Of a stretch of DNA of 64,000 nucleotides, positions 8,931 through 18,185 are shown one piece after another; the first letter of the stretch is position 1, and every line of letters starts with the position of its first letter. This DNA is from an uncultured Candidatus Saccharibacteria bacterium. GTDB taxonomy: Bacteria; Patescibacteriota; Saccharimonadia; Saccharimonadales; Saccharimonadaceae. Location of the stretch: NCBI GenBank assembly GCA_964477195.1, contig CAYZCX010000005.1, forward strand, positions 11,832-75,831, written 5' to 3'. Made by a program: the position numbers and the translations under genes. Below the pieces are notes generated by a model that saw only the letters and a program-made list of their open reading frames with translations, made no database searches and was not told the origin of the DNA.

Positions 8931-10385
8931 ATGGTCACACGTATTACGGATTACTTCCTTTACCGCTGGCGCTATCTATTGGGGTATGGTGTCGTTTTTG
9001 TATTGATCGTCGCACTTCTGGCTGTCGCTTGGTTAATCATCCCTGGCGGTATCACAAATGCCGAGATGAGTTCAACCGTAACAAGTAGCTCGCTGACATT
9101 TTCTATTCAGACCTTCAAACCCGAAGCAATCGTCAATTTACCCTATCATTTGCTTCAACACCTCGGATTTTCGCTCTTTGGTGTCTCCAATCTTACCATC
9201 AAGCTTCCTTCGCTAATCCTCGGTCTCTTCTCAGCTCTCGGGATATTACTTTTGCTTCGAATGTGGTTTAAGCAAAATGTCGCCGTCATCACCACCGTTC
9301 TTGTCATTACGACGAGTCAATTCCTTTTCCTTACGCAAGATGGAACACCCACAATTGTCTATATTTTCTGGTCGGTATGGCTGTTGGTTTCAGCACTCAT
9401 GGTCTCAAGACGTGCCCGCTGGTCAACGCTATGGAAAATCGGGCTTTTCGGAATCGGAGCACTCAGCCTCTACACACCGCTCGAAGCCTATATACTCATT
9501 GCTCTTCTGAGTGCAATGATCCTCCATCCACATCTTCGTTATATTATCCGTAAGCTCTCCAAACCGCGCCTAATGATAGGAATCCTATGCGGCCTTATCC
9601 TCATCGCCCCGCTTATTTATACTATTGTCAAAGAGCCTTCTGTCGGATTGCAACTACTCGGTATACCAATGGCAAATCTCGATATTTTTGCGAATATCAA
9701 GCTTCTGTTTGAGCAATATACAAGCTTCACAAACCCAGGCGGCAGCGTGACCACCACGCCAGTCTACGGACTAGGGACATGTATTCTTATTATTCTCGGA
9801 TTTATTCAGTTATTTACCACAAAATACACCGCACGAAGCTATATCATCATCGCGTGGACCGTCCTGCTTCTTCCTGTTATCGTCATCAATCCGCAATATG
9901 TCAGCGTCACATTTATTCCGGTCGTTCTCTTAATGGCAATGGGGGTCAGTATGCTGATCACCAGGTGGTATCGACTATTCCCGCGAAACCCATACGCACG
10001 AATCGCCGGACTCGTGCCTCTTGCAGTACTCATTGGCGGAATGGTATTTTCAGGGGTCGATCGCTATATGTACAGCTATACCCATACTCCAGCGGTTGCC
10101 ACACAGTTTTCACACGATCTCACCATACTTAATAAGCAGCTCGCCAAAAAAGATCGCGGAAGTGTCACCTTAATTGTCAGCGAAAAGGAAGTGCCATTTT
10201 ACTCTGCGGTCGCAAAATATTCAGACCAAGTAAGTGTTGTCAGTCCTGGCAATCTGCTCCCAGATGCCTCAACTTACATCACGAGTCGAGCTGCACGAAA
10301 TCCAAACGCGGGTGAACCAGGCGAAATTCTAACGAACGACAAATATCAAAATGCAGACCGTTTCTATATCTATAAAACAAAATAA
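8931..10385 (+). CDS. polytopic membrane protein, possibly GT-C (family 39/ArnT-like) glycosyltransferase
   Basis: 484 aa, more than 10 hydrophobic segments plus a soluble C-terminal domain. The function guess rests on architecture only. Confidence 0.5.
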   Translation: MVTRITDYFLYRWRYLLGYGVVFVLIVALLAVAWLIIPGGITNAEMSSTVTSSSLTFSIQTFKPEAIVNLPYHLLQHLGFSLFGVSNLTIKLPSLILGLFSALGILLLLRMWFKQNVAVITTVLVITTSQFLFLTQDGTPTIVYIFWSVWLLVSALMVSRRARWSTLWKIGLFGIGALSLYTPLEAYILIALLSAMILHPHLRYIIRKLSKPRLMIGILCGLILIAPLIYTIVKEPSVGLQLLGIPMANLDIFANIKLLFEQYTSFTNPGGSVTTTPVYGLGTCILIILGFIQLFTTKYTARSYIIIAWTVLLLPVIVINPQYVSVTFIPVVLLMAMGVSMLITRWYRLFPRNPYARIAGLVPLAVLIGGMVFSGVDRYMYSYTHTPAVATQFSHDLTILNKQLAKKDRGSVTLIVSEKEVPFYSAVAKYSDQVSVVSPGNLLPDASTYITSRAARNPNAGEPGEILTNDKYQNADRFYIYKTK

Positions 10386-10428
10386 AAATAGCGTATACTA
10401 AAGAGGTAAATACGGAGGACGACCTATT

Positions 10429-10719
10429 ATGGCATTTGACCAAATGAAGATGCTTAACGAACTAAGAAAAGCACAAAAAGACTTAAAGAAGCAGATTATC
10501 GAAGTAGAAGCCGGTGACGAAGCGGTGGTGATTCAATTTAATGGCGAGCTGAAAATTGTCAGCATAAAGATTGACCCAGCGCGTGTTAACACCGATGACA
10601 TCGAAGAGTTAGAACACTGGATTCAGATTGCCGTTCGCGACGGTCTGGCAAAGGCTCAAGAAGTTGCCGCCGAAAAAATGAAGCCACTCATGGGTGGACT
10701 CGGCAATCTCGGTCTTTAG
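10429..10719 (+). CDS. ybaB: YbaB/EbfC family nucleoid-associated protein
   Basis: 96 aa, MLNELRKAQKDLKK...VVIQFNGELKIVSIKIDP; sits immediately upstream of recR as is usual. Confidence 0.9.
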   Translation: MAFDQMKMLNELRKAQKDLKKQIIEVEAGDEAVVIQFNGELKIVSIKIDPARVNTDDIEELEHWIQIAVRDGLAKAQEVAAEKMKPLMGGLGNLGL

Positions 10720-10727
10720 GGAAAGCA

Positions 10728-11342
10728 GTGACACAACTTCTTCCAGCAGCATTAACACGCACAATCGATGAACTCGGCAAACTCCCTGGCGTTGGCGCCC
10801 GGACGGCTGAACGTTATGCGTATTTTTTGTTACGCGCCCAAACACAAACGACGACCAAGCTCGCCTCAGCCATTGCTGAGCTTCATAAAGGTGTCAAGAC
10901 TTGTCCAGTGACATTTGCCCTTATCGATGCAACGGAAGAGATTTCTCCACTTTATAGCGACCCGAGTCGTAACAAAAAACTCATTGCCGTCGTCGAAGAA
11001 CCACTGGATATTGTCGCGCTTGAACGCACCGGCCAGTTCAGCGGGACATACCATGTTCTTGGTGGGGCCATTTCACCCATCGATGGCATCGGGCCAGAGG
11101 AGCTTCACGTGCCCGAACTGATGAAACGACTTGACGAAGATGAAGTCGAAGAACTTATTATCGCAACCAACGCGAGTGTCGAAGGAGAGTCAACGGCGCT
11201 ATTTTTACAGCGCCATATCCAAGAGTCGGGGGTAGAGGTAAAGATGACTCGACTTGCTCGTGGCATCCCCGTTGGTGTCGACCTCGAATATGCCGACCAA
11301 ATCACTCTTGCTCACGCTCTTGAAGGTCGTCGTACACTATAA
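10728..11342 (+). CDS. recR: recombination protein RecR
   Basis: LPGVGARTAERYAYFLL helix-hairpin-helix; Toprim region ELIIATNASVEGESTALFL. Confidence 0.93.
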   Translation: MTQLLPAALTRTIDELGKLPGVGARTAERYAYFLLRAQTQTTTKLASAIAELHKGVKTCPVTFALIDATEEISPLYSDPSRNKKLIAVVEEPLDIVALERTGQFSGTYHVLGGAISPIDGIGPEELHVPELMKRLDEDEVEELIIATNASVEGESTALFLQRHIQESGVEVKMTRLARGIPVGVDLEYADQITLAHALEGRRTL

Positions 11343-11436
11343 ATTTCAGCATAGGCATTGCGAATTATCAAATACCTGATTTAATTGGTACAATGACCCT
11401 CGATAGCCGGGGCCAAGTATTAGGAAGGGAAATGCA

Positions 11437-11676
11437 ATGGCTGACACTCATATCGTCTTCGAGCACCACAACGAGGATTCGCTTGCTGGATACGACTCGA
11501 ATCATCGCACCCCCGAGCCCAAAGAGGTATTCAGTGGATCCGAGGGTGAATGCGAGGCGTACAGAACAAGAGTCTACGCAGAGTGTGACTTGAATGACCC
11601 CGGGCCGTACAGCAGACGTCCTCGTCTGGAGATCAGAGCAAAGCGATCTCGCTACAGCGAAACCGATCCCGCCTAA
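11437..11676 (+). CDS. hypothetical small acidic protein (GC-rich)
   Basis: 79-aa ORF, RBS AGGAAGGG, own terminator downstream. Confidence 0.4.
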   Translation: MADTHIVFEHHNEDSLAGYDSNHRTPEPKEVFSGSEGECEAYRTRVYAECDLNDPGPYSRRPRLEIRAKRSRYSETDPA

Positions 11677-11680
11677 TCAC

Positions 11681-11745
11681 AAGTCCGCCTCGAAAAGTCT
11701 CCCCCGAATAATTCGGTGTCACTACCTTTCGAGGCGGACTTTTTG
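11681..11745 (+). terminator. rho-independent terminator (long-loop hairpin)
   Basis: AAGTCCGCCTCGAAA 11681-11695 / TTTCGAGGCGGACTT 11727-11741 followed by TTTT. Confidence 0.7.
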
Positions 11746-11790
11746 ACGCCTCGAAATCATCCCTAATCTCTGTTAATTTTCTTTGCATTA

Positions 11791-11819
11791 TTGACTATAT
11801 AGTATTTTTATGATATAAT
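11791..11819 (+). promoter_or_regulatory. consensus sigma70 promoter TTGACT-N17-TATAAT
   Basis: TTGACT 11791-11796, 17-nt spacer, TATAAT 11814-11819, in AT-rich DNA abutting the GC-rich operon. Confidence 0.6.
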
Positions 11820-11877
11820 TCACCCTAGATCTTCGCTTATCCGAGCGTTGATGGCCCACGTCTCCTGAGGAGGAGCT

Positions 11878-14037
11878 ATGGCGGCGCTTCGCCACGCAGT
11901 TTTGTCTGCCACGGACGGTACACCGGAAACCCGGACCCCTGCCGTGCGCGGCGGCAAAGGTGCTGGCTTGGCGCTTCTGACAGATCTCGGTCTGCCGGTT
12001 CCGCCCAGCTTCACCTTGAATACCGGCGTCTGCAGAGCATATCTGCAGCACGACGAAATTCCGAATCGTATCTGGAGCCAGATTCAGCGAGAAATCGCCA
12101 AACTGGAGCGAGCTACCGGACGAACGTTCGGTGACCCGACGAACCCCCTGCTTGTTTCGGTCCGATCCGGAGCAGCGGAGTCGATGCCCGGCATGATGGA
12201 CACCATCCTGAATGTCGGTCTTGACCCCACCAACCTGGAAGGACTGCAGCGATGGGGTGGAAAGCGCTTCGCGCGCAATACCAGAGACCGCTTCGAGGAA
12301 CAGTGGAAGACAATTCGGAACCACATTTCTTACGAAATCAACTTCACCGACCCCTACGAACAACTCGGGACTGCCATCGTGGCCGTCTTGGAATCGTGGG
12401 GAAGTGAGCGAGCGCGTGCGTACCGCAAGCACCATGGCCTCTCCGATAACACGGGGACGGCCGTGACGGTGCAGGCAATGGTCTTCGGCAACGTCGACCA
12501 TACCTCCTGCACCGGTGTCGTGTTCAGTAGTGATGTTGCGACCGGGAATGAAGGTCTCTACGGAGAGTTTCTCACTCGGGCGCAGGGGGAAGACGTCGTT
12601 TCCGGCGTTCAGACCCCACTGCCGATCGCTGAGATGAAGACCTGGAACCCCCAGGTCTTCGAGCAGCTTTCCAGCATTGTCAGGCAACTGGCAGATCACT
12701 ACGATGACGTCGTGGATGTTGAGTTTACCGTCGAAAAGGGCGTGCTCTTCATCTTGCAGGTTCGCCGCGCCAAGCTTTCACCGCTGGCAAAGGTGACCCG
12801 CGCGGTACGCGACGTGTGGGCGAAGCGATGCACCAAGGAAAGCGCACTCAAGCGAGTGTCGTTGGCCGAGATTGGGTCGCTTCGTCAGCCGACTCTGGAA
12901 GTTCCGGAGGAGGCAGAAATCATCGCCAAGGGACTTCCTGCCTCTCCGGGGGCAGTCGTCGGCATGATCGCACGTGACGCGCCTACCCTCCGGCAGATCA
13001 TAGCCCGAGGAGAAGATGCAATTCTGGTTCGCCCCGACACGTCTCCCGAAGACTTGCCTGATATGATGGCCTCCAAGGCAATCGTGACGGCGAATGGTGG
13101 GAAAACGTGTCATGCTGCCGTGGTTGCCCGTGAACTCGGGCTTCCGGCAGTGGTCGGTACCGGCCCCCACCTGGGCATTCCTCTCACCGGGTATATCTCG
13201 GTTGATGGTGCCCAGGGAGTTGTGTACAAGGGAAGGTTGCCTCTGGTCGAGCCGACGCTCACCAAAGAGGTCAACCTTTTCCTGAAATGGCACAACGCAA
13301 AGGTCAACCCGCCGCGAATCGCTTTCGAGCGCGTCAACGAACAGCTGTCGGCAAACCAGCTCCTGAGCGACTTTTACTTGACGGACCTCATGGCCCGCCT
13401 CGCTGAAGGGTCGCCCCTGGAGCACGAAGCCGTCATGCTGCGGACAAAGACCCACCGTGAAATCGCGGAGGTTTTCGCGCTGTATCTTCTGATGGCAGCA
13501 TCGGGAGAATCTCGTCACTTCTACAGTGAGGCAGACAGCAGTGGCGCGACGGCACGCCTGGCAATGGCTCGACTGGATCGGACGATCCTTTCATCAAGTT
13601 ATGACCAGGGTCCAAGCGGGCGGTCGAAGATGCACGCCGATGTCGTAAGATTCCTTAAAGATCGTGATCTTGAATTTCTCGTTACTCATACGAGGGATCT
13701 TGTCACTGTTTTTAACGAAGGTTCATGGGATGGCGCATTCGGTGGCTCCAAATGGGGAGCTATTGCAAATGCCCTCCACAGCTTTCTTTCGGGAAAGTTG
13801 TCCGCGACGCTTTTTGTCGATCATGCGTTCGACCTTGAGCACAACGGCGGTAAGCTCTTCAACAAAAACCCGCTGTTCATGAGTGTGACCAATGAAAGTA
13901 GGTTGAAGCTTCAGCTCGATATCAAGAAAACGGTGTCTGCACCCGCAGAGTTGTACAGACGACTTTGCGAGTACGCAAGCCCCTCAAATGCAGTGGAAAC
14001 GCTGTGGGGGGTTGGCAAGCGTAAAAAAATGTGGTAA
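11878..14037 (+). CDS. PPDK-like dikinase: ATP-grasp plus phospho-His swivel domains with a non-canonical C-terminal domain
   Basis: GGKGAGL, NPLLVSVRSGAAESMPGMMDTILNVGL, GTAVTVQAMVFGN, AQGEDVVSG, LPASPGA, GGKTCHAAVVARELG (catalytic His). The last ~235 aa show no PEP/pyruvate-barrel motifs. RBS GAGGAGGAG. Confidence 0.85.
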   Translation: MAALRHAVLSATDGTPETRTPAVRGGKGAGLALLTDLGLPVPPSFTLNTGVCRAYLQHDEIPNRIWSQIQREIAKLERATGRTFGDPTNPLLVSVRSGAAESMPGMMDTILNVGLDPTNLEGLQRWGGKRFARNTRDRFEEQWKTIRNHISYEINFTDPYEQLGTAIVAVLESWGSERARAYRKHHGLSDNTGTAVTVQAMVFGNVDHTSCTGVVFSSDVATGNEGLYGEFLTRAQGEDVVSGVQTPLPIAEMKTWNPQVFEQLSSIVRQLADHYDDVVDVEFTVEKGVLFILQVRRAKLSPLAKVTRAVRDVWAKRCTKESALKRVSLAEIGSLRQPTLEVPEEAEIIAKGLPASPGAVVGMIARDAPTLRQIIARGEDAILVRPDTSPEDLPDMMASKAIVTANGGKTCHAAVVARELGLPAVVGTGPHLGIPLTGYISVDGAQGVVYKGRLPLVEPTLTKEVNLFLKWHNAKVNPPRIAFERVNEQLSANQLLSDFYLTDLMARLAEGSPLEHEAVMLRTKTHREIAEVFALYLLMAASGESRHFYSEADSSGATARLAMARLDRTILSSSYDQGPSGRSKMHADVVRFLKDRDLEFLVTHTRDLVTVFNEGSWDGAFGGSKWGAIANALHSFLSGKLSATLFVDHAFDLEHNGGKLFNKNPLFMSVTNESRLKLQLDIKKTVSAPAELYRRLCEYASPSNAVETLWGVGKRKKMW

Positions 14038-14067
14038 AGTAGTTATCGACCGAAAGGAAGTGAGGTC

Positions 14068-14928
14068 GTGGTTTCCCAAAACCATGATTGTCAGTTGCAC
14101 CACGGCGACCTGGTTTCGATCGGGTCGTACGAGGTGTACGCCGGCGGGATCAATCTCAGCGATGAGACTCTCGCCAACACCGATCTCCTGGTGACTTTCT
14201 GCGATCGGCCTCCGCTGAACCTCGGTTCGCAGGAGCTCGATCACAAGAACTTCACCATGGAAGACTTCGGTGGTGTTCCGCGGTTTTTCGCAACGTTCCT
14301 CGTGGCCCACGTCATTCCAGCAATGGAGGCGGGGAAGCGAGTGACGGTTCACTGCGAAGGCGGCTTCGGTCGCACCGGTACCGTCCTGGCCGGACTCATC
14401 GTCCTGCTGGAGCCGGATGTCGACGACCCCGTCGCCGCCGTCCGGGAGCGTTACTGCCCGCGCGCCGTGGAAACACGAGCGCAGCGGGATGGGATCATCG
14501 AACTGAGAGACACCGAACGGGCCAAGCGGGCCACGGAACTCAAGGAAGGTGGCATCATGTCCGAACCGGACAACAACGACAAGTGGCACATGGCCGGGAC
14601 CGAAGGGACCGGTGAGTACCGCGTCCTCGCGATGAACGACACCGGCAGACTCGGTTTCCGAGTCCTCGAGAACGGCAAGGTGCGCATCCGCATCGAACCG
14701 ACGACCGAGGGCAAGGCCACGCTCGCCGAGACCTTCACGGTCGACGCCGGCTGGAAGCAGCCGGGAGACTTCGGGCAGCAGCGCTTCTCGAAGGTGGTGT
14801 CCATGGGTGACGAGACGATCAGCACGGTCGTCGCAGCGCTCAAGGCCATGCGCAAAGAAGGGCGCCTCACGCGCAACTTCAAGCAGTGGTACTGGCGCAA
14901 GCACGTGAAGCATGCGACCACCAAGTAG
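14068..14928 (+). CDS. Cys-based (PTP/DSP superfamily) phosphatase fused to an unknown C-terminal domain
   Basis: P-loop VHCEGGFGRTGT (HCX5R-T) and an upstream MEDFGGVP acid loop resembling WPDxGxP. About 120 aa C-terminal are unplaced. GTG start 27 nt after the dikinase stop. Confidence 0.8.
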   Translation: MVSQNHDCQLHHGDLVSIGSYEVYAGGINLSDETLANTDLLVTFCDRPPLNLGSQELDHKNFTMEDFGGVPRFFATFLVAHVIPAMEAGKRVTVHCEGGFGRTGTVLAGLIVLLEPDVDDPVAAVRERYCPRAVETRAQRDGIIELRDTERAKRATELKEGGIMSEPDNNDKWHMAGTEGTGEYRVLAMNDTGRLGFRVLENGKVRIRIEPTTEGKATLAETFTVDAGWKQPGDFGQQRFSKVVSMGDETISTVVAALKAMRKEGRLTRNFKQWYWRKHVKHATTK

Positions 14929-14989
14929 TACAGCTTTTTGCTAGAAAAGATAAAGGAAATATTTTAAAATATTAATTATCACTTCTAAG

Positions 14990-15540
14990 CAGTGCCGATT
15001 AACTCTTTTGTGACGACAGGTCCACTTTAACGGGCCTGAGCAGAGAGTTAGTAGGGAGCGGGGACATCGAGAGTCATCTCGTTGTCGATGCGCCGTTTCC
15101 ACCTCCCTATTGCGGTGAAGTTTGGGAGCTAGGGAAGAATCGACACCGCACAAGATTCTTCCGAGACTGCTCACACAGTCTAAAAAAAACAAAGTGGCGG
15201 ACCTCTTCGTTAAGGGCACTTACAGGCGCTACACACGCTTCGTGAGTGAATGACAGTGGAGCTAACCGGACTCTCTTTTTGAGCAGTTAGCGTTGAAGCA
15301 GTCATGAGGGATCTCCCCGGTGGAGGTCTTAAAGAAAAGCGGTTTGCACCCGCACCGGTGTGTAGTAACGGCGACGTTCATACGCCAAGGGAAGTATGAA
15401 CATGAGCTTGGCACTGGCACTCTCGCAGGAGAGTCGCCTAGGCTGCGGACCATTCCAACTTATAGGGATGCTTCAGCGACAACGGTGACAGTTAGATCTC
15501 CCAGTAGTTGTTTAATTTGATGATGTATAATACTTTAAAG
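14990..15540. other. ORF-free, hairpin-dense tract (candidate structured RNA or long 3' UTR)
   Basis: Stops in all frames. Helices at 15052-58/15103-09 (enclosing 15065-70/15085-90), 15133-41/15154-62, 15164-68/15176-80, 15310-16/15322-28, 15376-83/15394-401 and 15419-24/15429-34. Confidence 0.3.
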
Positions 15541-15565
15541 TAGATTACTCGCAGTAAACAAATTA

Positions 15566-15652
15566 GCCGCCCTTTAGGGTGGCACCCCCCCCGGTTTCCC
15601 GGGTAGCCTTACTTATAAAAGTAAGGCTACCGGGACCGGGGATTAATTTTTT
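15566..15652 (+). terminator. compound rho-independent terminator
   Basis: Hairpin 15566-15583. Nested stem CCCCGGT 15589-95 / ACCGGGG 15635-41 encloses GGTAGCCTTACTT 15602-14 / AAGTAAGGCTACC 15619-31. T6 run at 15647-52. Confidence 0.8.
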
Positions 15653-15696
15653 CTGACTAAAAAGTCTATTACTTCACAATCTGTTACAATAGGGGA

Positions 15697-16686
15697 ATGC
15701 ACGACACAGCAACAGATCTTATTACCGCAGCTAAAAAAATTATTATTATTCAAGCCGAAAATCCCGACGGCGACTCGCTGGGCAGTAGCTTGGCACTCGA
15801 AGAAATACTCAGCGACCTCGGAAAAGAGGTTATTTTATATTGTCCAATCGAAATGCCCAAATACTTACGTTATATTACTGGATGGGATAGAGTTGTTTCG
15901 ACATTTGACGCATCTGCCGATCTCGCGATCTTAGTCGATACCGGCGCCGATGTCCTTATCAGCAAGGTACTCGAAACTCCCGGTGTGCGCTCATTTCTCG
16001 AGACACACCCTGTGCTTGTTATCGATCACCACACGACAGACGCGACACTTAGTTTTGACCATACAATGCTCGCCGAAACAGCTGTTGCAACCGGTGAGAT
16101 TTTGTATCGTTTTGCTAGCAAAAATAATTGGGCTATCAATGAGCAGGCCGCCGAAGATATGCTTGTTGCTATCATGTCTGACAGCCTGGGCCTGACCACA
16201 CCAAATGTTAGCGCGGAGGCATTTTTTGTTGCAGGCAAGCTGACCGAACTTGGCGCAAGCAATGCCGCAATCGAAGAACGTCGCCGTGAATACATGAAAA
16301 AATCCCCCGAGATTCTCGCATACAAAGGCGAACTAATTAGTCGTATCGAATATTTACTCGACGGCAAACTCGCCCTTGTTCACATTCCTTGGGAAGATAT
16401 TCAGGCATACAGCGACCAATACAATCCTAGCGTACTCGTACTCGATGAAATGCGCATGGTCGAAGGTGTCGAGATTGCCGTCGCCATAAAAACCTACCCC
16501 GACGGAAAGCTCACAGGGAAGCTCCGCACAAACTCTCCAATTGCCGAAAAAGTAGCCGGTTTCTTTGGTGGAGGCGGTCATATGTACGCGGCGGGGTTCC
16601 GTGTCTACGAACAATACGATAAAATAGTAGCAGAATTAGTTGAGGCGACGGATAAAGCGTTAAAAAACGATGATACGAACTCATAA
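15697..16686 (+). CDS. nrnA: DHH/DHHA1 phosphoesterase (NrnA-type oligoribonuclease/pAp phosphatase)
   Basis: NPDGDSLGS, VIDHHTT (DHH), GGGGHMYAAGF (DHHA1). Confidence 0.85.
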   Translation: MHDTATDLITAAKKIIIIQAENPDGDSLGSSLALEEILSDLGKEVILYCPIEMPKYLRYITGWDRVVSTFDASADLAILVDTGADVLISKVLETPGVRSFLETHPVLVIDHHTTDATLSFDHTMLAETAVATGEILYRFASKNNWAINEQAAEDMLVAIMSDSLGLTTPNVSAEAFFVAGKLTELGASNAAIEERRREYMKKSPEILAYKGELISRIEYLLDGKLALVHIPWEDIQAYSDQYNPSVLVLDEMRMVEGVEIAVAIKTYPDGKLTGKLRTNSPIAEKVAGFFGGGGHMYAAGFRVYEQYDKIVAELVEATDKALKNDDTNS

Positions 16687-16745
16687 TAATCCCTGTTGTT
16701 GTATAGATTTTTCTTTTATTTATTAATCCGTAAAAAAGGAATTCT

Positions 16746-18182
16746 ATGACTCTCGAACTTCACAATACGCTCACCAAAAAAATCGAAAAATTTACTCCGC
16801 TAGATCCTGATCTTGTACGTATTTACAGCTGTGGGCCTACTATTTACGACCATGCGCACATTGGCAACCTGAGTTCATTTATTTTTGCCGATATGCTGCG
16901 GCGCGTTATTCAGGCCAATGACTGGCATGTCAAACATGTTATGAATTTTACGGATGTCGACGATAAGACAATTCGTCGCAGTCGCGAAATGTATCCCGAA
17001 CTCGACGGCCACGCAGCACTAACAAAATTAACCAAACAATACGGCGAGCTTTTTCTTGAGGATATGCGCGCAATCGGTAACAATGTTGATGCATTTGAAT
17101 TTCGACGAGCAACGGATGAGCAAAACATCGAAGGAATGCGCCAGCTTATCGCCGAGCTTCACGAAAAAGGGTTTGCCTATATAGCAGACGACGGTGTTTA
17201 TTTTTCGATTGACGCCTATAAAAAATCTGGCAAAAAGTACGGGCAACTCGTTGAACTGACGAACGCCAATACCAGTAATGAACGCATTCAAAACGACGAA
17301 TACGATAAAGAATCCTTGCATGATTTCGCCCTCTGGAAAGTCCATAAACCAGGAGAACCATCGTGGGAGTTTGTCCTCGACGGTCATGATATTTCGGGTC
17401 GTCCGGGATGGCATATCGAATGTTCTGTGATGAGTGCGCAGAGTCTCGGCCAACCGTTTGACATCCATACAGGGGGTATCGATCTTGCATTTCCTCATCA
17501 TGAAAATGAGATTGCTCAAAGCACTGCTGGTCGCAACAATCCGACATACGCAGCGTATTTCGTCCATAACGAACACGTCCTTGTCGACGATAAAAAAATG
17601 GCCAAGAGCGCTCGTAATTTCTTTACACTAACGGATCTCACAAGTCGTGGCGTCGATCCGCTGGCATTTCGTTTACTTGTCCTGCAGTCGCATTATCGCA
17701 AGCCGACTAATTTCAGTTTTGATAATGTCGCGAGCGCTCATAATCGTCTGAGACATTGGCGAAACGTTGCCGCACTCCGACACCAGACACATGATACACT
17801 GGACCAGGATAGCGAAAAGTTCACCGGCCTTCTTGCGGCAAAAGGAGCAATACTTGAAGCGCTGAATAGCGACTTCAACACTCCAGAAGCGCTCAAGGTG
17901 ATCGATGAGGCATTTTCACACCTTGATACTCAACCAATTGCCAAGATACACCAAGAAGGACTCGAGCAACTCCTTGAGACTATTGATAGCGTCCTGGGGC
18001 TCCAACTGATCGCATCAACACCTGATATTAGTGACGAGGTAAAGCAACTTATTGTCGAGCGACAACGTGCACGTGATAGTCAAGACTGGACACGCTCAGA
18101 TGAACTTCGTAGCAGCATTGCGACACATGGCATCACCGTGCGTGATACGTCAAAAGGAAGTATTTGGGAGTATGCTGACTAA
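16746..18182 (+). CDS. cysS: cysteine--tRNA ligase
   Basis: CGPTIYDHAHIGN (HIGH), GWHIECS, KMAKSARN (KMSKS). Confidence 0.95.
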   Translation: MTLELHNTLTKKIEKFTPLDPDLVRIYSCGPTIYDHAHIGNLSSFIFADMLRRVIQANDWHVKHVMNFTDVDDKTIRRSREMYPELDGHAALTKLTKQYGELFLEDMRAIGNNVDAFEFRRATDEQNIEGMRQLIAELHEKGFAYIADDGVYFSIDAYKKSGKKYGQLVELTNANTSNERIQNDEYDKESLHDFALWKVHKPGEPSWEFVLDGHDISGRPGWHIECSVMSAQSLGQPFDIHTGGIDLAFPHHENEIAQSTAGRNNPTYAAYFVHNEHVLVDDKKMAKSARNFFTLTDLTSRGVDPLAFRLLVLQSHYRKPTNFSFDNVASAHNRLRHWRNVAALRHQTHDTLDQDSEKFTGLLAAKGAILEALNSDFNTPEALKVIDEAFSHLDTQPIAKIHQEGLEQLLETIDSVLGLQLIASTPDISDEVKQLIVERQRARDSQDWTRSDELRSSIATHGITVRDTSKGSIWEYAD

Positions 18183-18185
18183 GTG

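Noticed and set aside
11788-14913. Long minus-strand ORFs (11788-12699, 12778-13518, 13984-14913) overlapping the dikinase and phosphatase genes
   Set aside because: These are shadow ORFs, as expected in GC-rich DNA. Their translations are Arg/Gly/Pro/Ser-rich with no motifs, whereas the + strand frames carry unmistakable PPDK and HCX5R motifs.
14941-15540. RNase P RNA, tmRNA or SRP RNA in the large non-coding tract
   Set aside because: I looked on both strands. The minus strand has GAGAGTCCGG and CTCCACCGGGGAG, reminiscent of RNase P CR-I and the P13/14 region. They are in the wrong order and no complementary P4 3' strand exists. There is no GGTTCGAATCC/CCA end for tmRNA and no GGAA-tetraloop SRP domain IV motif. 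The tract is kept only as an unclassified structured region.
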